Shown: positions 23,136-25,374 of the stretch, in pieces
How the letters are laid out: each line of letters starts with the position of its first letter
Numbering within the stretch: the first letter of the stretch is position 1
Source of the DNA: a virus
Taxonomy: Duplodnaviria > Caudoviricetes
Strand: one strand, 5' to 3'
Length of the DNA: 25,374 nucleotides
IMG/VR virus record: IMGVR_UViG_3300017784_002932
Span: 1-25,374 of that record
Position numbers and translations under genes: made by a program
The notes under the pieces: generated by a model
What the model was told of the DNA's origin: nothing
Databases searched by the model: none
Seen by the model: only the letters and a program-made list of their open reading frames with translations

Positions 23136-25374
23136 TTATTTATACTGTTCATCAAATTTGGCTTGTAACCAAGGCCAATCATAACTCAACTTTAACTTTT
23201 CAAAAGCACCATCGACTTCTTCATAATAGTCTACTGCATGTTTAGCCCCGTCAATACTGTATTGTGCAAAAGCTCCATCACCAACTGTTAACCACGTATC
23301 TAATCTAGTCTTGCTCACTTCATTATCTATATCAGTACGTAGCTTTAATGCTTCACGGAATGCAGTACGCCATGTACTCCATTTATCGGTGTTAAAGCTA
23401 GCTATGCCGCTAAGCATATCTACTACTTCATGCTCATCATCCATAGTAAAGTCAAGACCTTTACCTATATTGGCTAAAGTCAACTTCTTGTTATATGCAA
23501 TCATACCTTGATGGCCATATACCAATCCATTTACTGGGTTCTTTGCTTGAAATATATAATGTTTGGGTAACTGCAATCTATCCGGTTGCCAGGACCAATC
23601 AAATCCACCGTTAACTCGCAACTTAGCAAATACAGTAAACAACCAAGGTGTATTGCTTGCTTTTGCTGCTGCGTGATATGCTGCTACTCTACCTTTTACA
23701 CCATCTACTCTAACTACTCTATTAGCTAAACCTGCCGTTACTCTTTGCAACTGATTGAAGTTTTCATCAGCACCTGCTTCCCCGTTACTCAAAAATACAA
23801 TATCCATAGGACTTGATTTTATCAGTTTAGCATTCTTGCTAATGTACGGATAATCATATAACTCACGCTTTACATGATTCTTTACTTCTTTAGGAACTAT
23901 AATTCGAGTTCCACCTGTGCTTGTAACTTGTATCGTCTTGGTATCTGTACTCCATAGATTCATTGGTTCTAAATCTATCGCATTGATCTCTTTATTATCT
24001 TCAGTTACAAACACCGCATAAGGGAAATCAAATTCAGTATTGATATTAGACAAATGTGTATCATCAGATACAATCACTGGGGCTGGGAATCTAACTGCAC
24101 ATTGATGCTGATTGAAATTGATCTTTCCATAATCTTGTAAGGTCTTCATATCACCAATCAACTCACGTAGTTTATTGATATTGATCAAGAAGGTATCCCC
24201 AAATTTTTGTCTATCACTAGGGAATACATGTAGTTGATCTTTAGAAAAAGGATCGCATATGTAAGTCAGATCAAAATTACCGTAATTACATACTGTGCTG
24301 ATTGCCCAAACAAAATGTTCTTTTTTGTCGGGTAGTTGGGCTAACATCTTCTTGAATGTCTCTAAGTAACTATTCTCATACTTGACTATCAATCTACCTT
24401 CGTTAGCAAGGGAAGACATATCCATATTACCGTGATCTATGTAAACCACATCATGCAATACATTGGTAGCCTTTGCTGTTCTTTGTCTGACAAAGTTTAA
24501 GTTACTAAGATGTTCGATTATATTGATGTATTTGGTATCGTTGGCAAATGTTTCTCTGTTCACCATAAAAGTAGTACCCCAATGACTCCATTGAGTACCA
24601 AACACATGTGTCATCTTTATCTGCCAAGGGTTAGGATAATAATTAAAATCAAAATCAGTATAATCTAACTCACTATTCAATATCCAACATAGATTGCTTG
24701 TAGATTTATTGATACAACGATTGATCGTATTCACCCAAGAATTCAGATACCTAGTCTTATGTATATTGTTAAAACTTGATTTAAGTTTATCAAACCTGTC
24801 CTGTGATTCAGGGTTACCTCTATCAACAAAGAACATATCTATATTTGTTTTGACTTCGATAGTTTTCTCTTGAACATAGTTAATTTCTTTGAAGCCTTGC
24901 ATATAAGTATGCCCATTCACAAAATATGTTTGTGTATTCATACTTTCTTTAGATCCAAACGCATGTATATATTGTGCTTGTTCAATGTTTGGTCTCCAAT
25001 TGAAATCAAACGCACTATAATCTAAGTCAGGGTTTAATGCCCAAAATATCTCAGTAGGATGTTTAGTAACCAAATCATCTAATGTAGTCTCTATAACATA
25101 TCGGTTAAAGTTTTGTACCTCTTCTTTTAGTTCTGCTCTATCAAGATATACTATTTCACCGGTGTTATCAGGAAGTACATATTTAGGACCATCATTCTTA
25201 TCAGCTAGTGTACCAAATTGATATATGTATTTTGGTGTCAATTCATCATGATGCCAACTGAAATCAAAATCATCAATATCAATATCATTTGGTATTTTCC
25301 AATGTTCTGTATTTGGTAACCTTTTAGCTTTGATGACATCTATATATTTTATCAATGTATTTTCATCGGCATTA
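23136..25374 (-). CDS. Large glycosyltransferase-like tandem-repeat protein (5' partial)
   Basis: The frame is open to the window end. Recurrent W-x5-DY..FDF.W.P units, and a C-terminal DIVFLSNGE...RVDGVKGR...NPVNGLVYGHQG...WRTAFRE domain. Confidence 0.7.
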   Translation of the reverse strand, partial: NADENTLIKYIDVIKAKRLPNTEHWKIPNDIDIDDFDFSWHHDELTPKYIYQFGTLADKNDGPKYVLPDNTGEIVYLDRAELKEEVQNFNRYVIETTLDDLVTKHPTEIFWALNPDLDYSAFDFNWRPNIEQAQYIHAFGSKESMNTQTYFVNGHTYMQGFKEINYVQEKTIEVKTNIDMFFVDRGNPESQDRFDKLKSSFNNIHKTRYLNSWVNTINRCINKSTSNLCWILNSELDYTDFDFNYYPNPWQIKMTHVFGTQWSHWGTTFMVNRETFANDTKYINIIEHLSNLNFVRQRTAKATNVLHDVVYIDHGNMDMSSLANEGRLIVKYENSYLETFKKMLAQLPDKKEHFVWAISTVCNYGNFDLTYICDPFSKDQLHVFPSDRQKFGDTFLININKLRELIGDMKTLQDYGKINFNQHQCAVRFPAPVIVSDDTHLSNINTEFDFPYAVFVTEDNKEINAIDLEPMNLWSTDTKTIQVTSTGGTRIIVPKEVKNHVKRELYDYPYISKNAKLIKSSPMDIVFLSNGEAGADENFNQLQRVTAGLANRVVRVDGVKGRVAAYHAAAKASNTPWLFTVFAKLRVNGGFDWSWQPDRLQLPKHYIFQAKNPVNGLVYGHQGMIAYNKKLTLANIGKGLDFTMDDEHEVVDMLSGIASFNTDKWSTWRTAFREALKLRTDIDNEVSKTRLDTWLTVGDGAFAQYSIDGAKHAVDYYEEVDGAFEKLKLSYDWPWLQAKFDEQYK

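Noticed and set aside
1-25374. Stop-codon reassignment as seen in some jumbo phages
   Set aside because: Recognisable genes are full length in the standard code and end in TAA, TGA and TAG.

Overview
The window is a segment of a large, AT-rich, T4-like (jumbo-type) myovirus genome in standard genetic code, with every credible gene on the minus strand. The porin, PstS and spanins indicate a Gram-negative host, plausibly a betaproteobacterium. In transcription order (right to left) it encodes: a partial glycosyltransferase-like repeat protein; a circularly permuted two-piece tmRNA (tag ANDDLYTLAA); a host-physiology island (porin, unannotated rubredoxin, secreted Cys-rich protein, PstS with a Pho box, NAMPT-family enzyme); an early region with near-consensus sigma70 promoters (HExxH protein, MoxR-type AAA ATPase, acidic protein, DUF2201 metallopeptidase-vWA); a DUF5672-like protein; DHFR; a methyltransferase bracketed by a 146-bp duplication of the thyA 5' end; ThyA; an NDP-sugar epimerase and DegT aminotransferase; a 2OG-Fe(II)-like protein; spanins; a gp9/gp10-like protein; two MRAKEF paralogues; a methyltransferase; large terminase; and a >614-aa ORF missed by the ORF track. 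The most striking signals are (1) GC-rich 18-bp in-frame repeats (CAAGGTGTGGCGGAAGGC, 'QGVAEG') separating unrelated domains in that last ORF, like an in-frame cassette array, (2) the thyA-start duplication around an inserted gene, (3) the phage two-piece tmRNA, (4) a switch-like leader and flanking repeats at the NAMPT gene, and (5) promoter spacing that implies widespread leaderless translation. All family calls come from motif recognition; no database searches were run.
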